A stretch of DNA of 64,000 nucleotides, from assembly GCF_001194135.2 (NCBI RefSeq), contig NC_068991.1, positions 43,725,199 to 43,789,198 on the forward strand, written 5' to 3'. This document shows positions 60,699 through 64,000 of this stretch, one piece after another (positions within the stretch are counted from its first letter, which is position 1; every line of letters starts with the position of its first letter). A program made the translations under genes and the position numbers. Under the pieces are notes generated by a model. It searched no databases. It had not been told where the DNA came from and worked only from the letters and a program-made list of their open reading frames with translations. Source of the stretch: Octopus bimaculoides (lineage: Eukaryota).

Positions 60699-60953
60699 AC
60701 ACACACACACACACCACACAGACACACACACCACACACACACACAAATATATGTATGTATATACATTGGCTGTGTGGNNNNNNNNNNNNNNNNNNNNNNN
60801 NNNNNNNNNNNNNNNNNNNNNNNNNNNNNNNNNNNNNNNNNNNNNNNNNNNNNNNNNNNNNNNNNNNNNNNNNNNNNNNNNNNNNNNNNNNNNNNNNNNN
60901 NNNNNNNNNNNNNNNNNNNNNNNNNNNNNNNNNNNNNNNNNNNNNNNNNNNNN

Positions 60954-60988
<35 letters not shown>

Positions 60989-61251
60989 ATGTGTCTTTGT
61001 GTCTGTGTTTGTCCCCCAGCACTGCTTAACAACCAGTGTTGGTTTGTTTATGTCCCTATAGCTTAGTAGTTTAGCAAAAGAGGCCTATAGAATGAGCATC
61101 AGAATTTTAAAAAAATAAATATTGGAATCGATTCATTTGACTAAAAATTCTTCAAGGCAGTGCCCAAGCATAACTGCAGTCTAATGACGGAAACAAGTAA
61201 AAGATATAAGTATCTATGTACAATGTCTACCTACCTACCTATCTATATATC

Positions 61252-61301
<50 letters not shown>

Positions 61302-61344
61302 GACAGACAGACAGACAGACAGACAGGCAAGCAGGCAGGCAGGC

Positions 61345-61430
<86 letters not shown>

Positions 61431-63414
61431 GTAGGTAGGTAGACATTGTACATAGATACTTATATCTTTTACCTGTTTCAGTCATTAAACTGCAGTTATA
61501 CTTGGGCACTGCCTTGAAGAATTTTTAGTCAAATGAATCGACTCCAGTATTTATTTTAAAAAAATCCTGATACTCATTCTATAGGCCTTGCTTTATCTAT
61601 CTATCATAGATAGATATATATATATATAGATAGATAGATAGATAGCAGTGCTCTTGAAGCCACTCACCTGAAGATGTGCTGGTACACAGCTATTATTGGA
61701 TCATATTAATACAATAATGTGTCTCATATATGAAATATTCAGCAATTACCAGCCGATACTAATGCACAGAAACAATTGTAGTGATTTGGATTAAAACCTG
61801 TTCATTCCATCTTCTTCTATTATAATTTTTTGTATGAATTCTGCAGACATTAATGGATTTACACATGTACACACACACACACACAAAACACACGCACATA
61901 CACAGAGCCCCCCCCCCCCCCCCCAATGGGTTTCTTTCATTTTCCATCTTCCATATTCACAAGGCTGCAATAGAAGACACTTACTCAATGTGCTGTGCTC
62001 TGGGACTGAACCCAGAGTTATGTTTGTAACCCCACAGTGTCTCAAATAGAGTTGATACAATAATAATCAGGCTGAAGTAAGATATGATTGACAAAAATCC
62101 TTGAAGGTGGTGCTCCAGCATGGTTGGCTGTAGACTAAATGATACCAAGGCATAGCTACAAAAATGCACTTCTCACTGTTTTTGTTTCCTCTTAAGTTTC
62201 TGGATATGATTTTATCGGAATCTGTTGTGGAAAACGACTTTTTCTCTCTTTTTAAACAGGCATGGCTGTATAGTAAGATGTTTGCTTCCTAACCACATGG
62301 TACTGTGTTCAGTCCCACTGTGTGGCACTTTGGGCCAGTGTCTTCTACTTTAGCCTCAGGCTGATCAAGGCCCTGTGAATGGATTTGGTGGACCGAAATT
62401 GAAAGAAGCCCGTTGTGTGGGTGTATGTGTGTGTATGTGTGTGTGTGTGTGTGTGTGTGTATCTGTGTTTGTCTGCTACCACCACTTGACAACCGGTATT
62501 GGTGTGTTTACATCCATGTAAATTAGCAGTTTGGCAAAAGAGACTGATAGAATAAGTACCAGGCTTTACAAAAAATAATAATACTGNNNNNNNNNNNNNN
62601 NNNNNNNNNNNNNNNNNNNNNNNNNNNNNNNNNNNNNNNNNNNNNNNNNNNNNNNNNNNNNNNNNNNNNNNNNNNNNNNNNNNNNNNNNNNNNNNNNNNN
62701 NNNNNNNNNNNNNNNNNNNNNNNNNNNNNNNNNNNNNNNNNNNNNNNNNNNNNNNNNNNNNNNNNNNNNNNNNNNNNNNNNNNNNNNNNNNNNNNNNNNN
62801 NNNNNNNNNNNNNNNNNNNNNNNNNNNNNNNNNNNNNNNNNNNNNNNNNNNNNNNNNNNNNNNNNNNNNNNNNNNNNNNNNNNNNNNNNNNNNNNNNNNN
62901 NNNNNNNNNNNNNNNNNNNNNNNNNNNNNNNNNNNNNNNNNNNNNNNNNNNNNNNNNNNNNNNNNNNNNNNNNNNNNNNNNNNNNNNNNNNNNNNNNNNN
63001 NNNNNNNNNNNNNNNNNNNNNNNNNNNNNNNNNNNNNNNNNNNNNNNNNNNNNNNNNNNNNNNNNNNNNNNNNNNNNNNNNNNNNNNNNNNNNNNNNNNN
63101 NNNNNNNNNNNNNNNNNNNNNNNNNNNNNNNNNNNNNNNNNNNNNNNNNNNNNNNNNNNNNNNNNNNNNNNNNNNNNNNNNNNNNNNNNNNNNNNNNNNN
63201 NNNNNNNNNNNNNNNNNNNNNNNNNNNNNNNNNNNNNNNNNNNNNNNNNNNNNNNNNNNNNNNNNNNNNNNNNNNNNNNNNNNNNNNNNNNNNNNNNNNN
63301 NNNNNNNNNNNNNNNNNNNNNNNNNNNNNNNNNNNNNNNNNNNNATTTGACAAGAAATTCTTCAAGGCGCTGCCCCAGTATGATCAGTCAAATGACTGAA
63401 ACAAATAAAAAATA

Positions 63415-63541
63415 AAACATACATACATACATACATACATACGTACATACATACATACATACAAACATACATACGTACATACATACATACATACATACAT
63501 ACATACATACATACATACATACATACATACATACATACATA
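63415..63541. repeat. (ACAT)n tetranucleotide microsatellite
   Basis: About 30 units read directly. Confidence 0.95.
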
Positions 63542-64000
63542 ATCATCATTAATAAAATGTTACACAATAATTTTGAAGGAAAGAATTTACCTGAGTAAAA
63601 AACATTTCAAAAACATTAAGTAGAGCAATTAATTAAGAGATCTTAGAAACAGGATTGTCAAATCATGCTTGACGTCCACTAATTTTCTTTCCAAAACAGC
63701 TGTGTTCATGTTGAAACTGCGCTGTTCTCTATTTCTCTCTTACTCTCTCCTTTACCCTTTTAAACGTAAACATCTCGCTGTTTCTTTCTTTTTGATAGTT
63801 CCCTTCTGCCTTACTCTTTCGCTCTCTCTCTCTTTCACTCTTTCTTTCTCTCTCTCTCTCTTTCGCTCTCTCTCTTTCTCTCTTGTACACACATACACAG
63901 ACACACGATCTCTTTCTCTCAGGCAAACACAGACACACGCACATGCAAATACACAGTATGTATGTATGTATGTATGTATGAATGTATGTATGAACGTATG

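Noticed and set aside
52727-64000. Promoter or non-coding first exon of the host gene
   Set aside because: It must exist upstream of the 52726 acceptor, but I could not identify a convincing donor, X-box or CpG island.

Overview
AT-rich, microsatellite-laden, gap-riddled animal DNA. The SINE/RTE repertoire resembles Octopus (inference from recalled repeat families; no search run). One host gene fills most of the window on the minus strand: a C3orf20/ERICH6-like FAM194-domain protein of about 750 aa. I reconstructed 12 coding exons by hand (52672 down to 3137). All junctions are GT-AG and phase-compatible except one, where an exon is missing, possibly in an N-gap. The introns hold many transposon types: Gypsy integrase plus 3' LTR, two irritans-like mariners, a piggyBac MITE, hAT, Helitrons, Penelope, Hero- and R4/Dong-type RLE LINEs, several RTE LINEs and at least four SINE families. 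The most notable structure lies upstream of the first coding exon (55368-57835): a tRNA-headed SINE carrying a minimal type I hammerhead ribozyme, inserted as a head-to-head inverted dimer within a single 13-bp target-site duplication, with a Dong-like element in one arm's (TAA)n tract. A second, variant-core hammerhead lies at 38175-38211, and a SAP-domain ORF is nested in a Helitron 5' end at 26493. All coordinates were counted by hand; TE boundaries are approximate unless termini are quoted.
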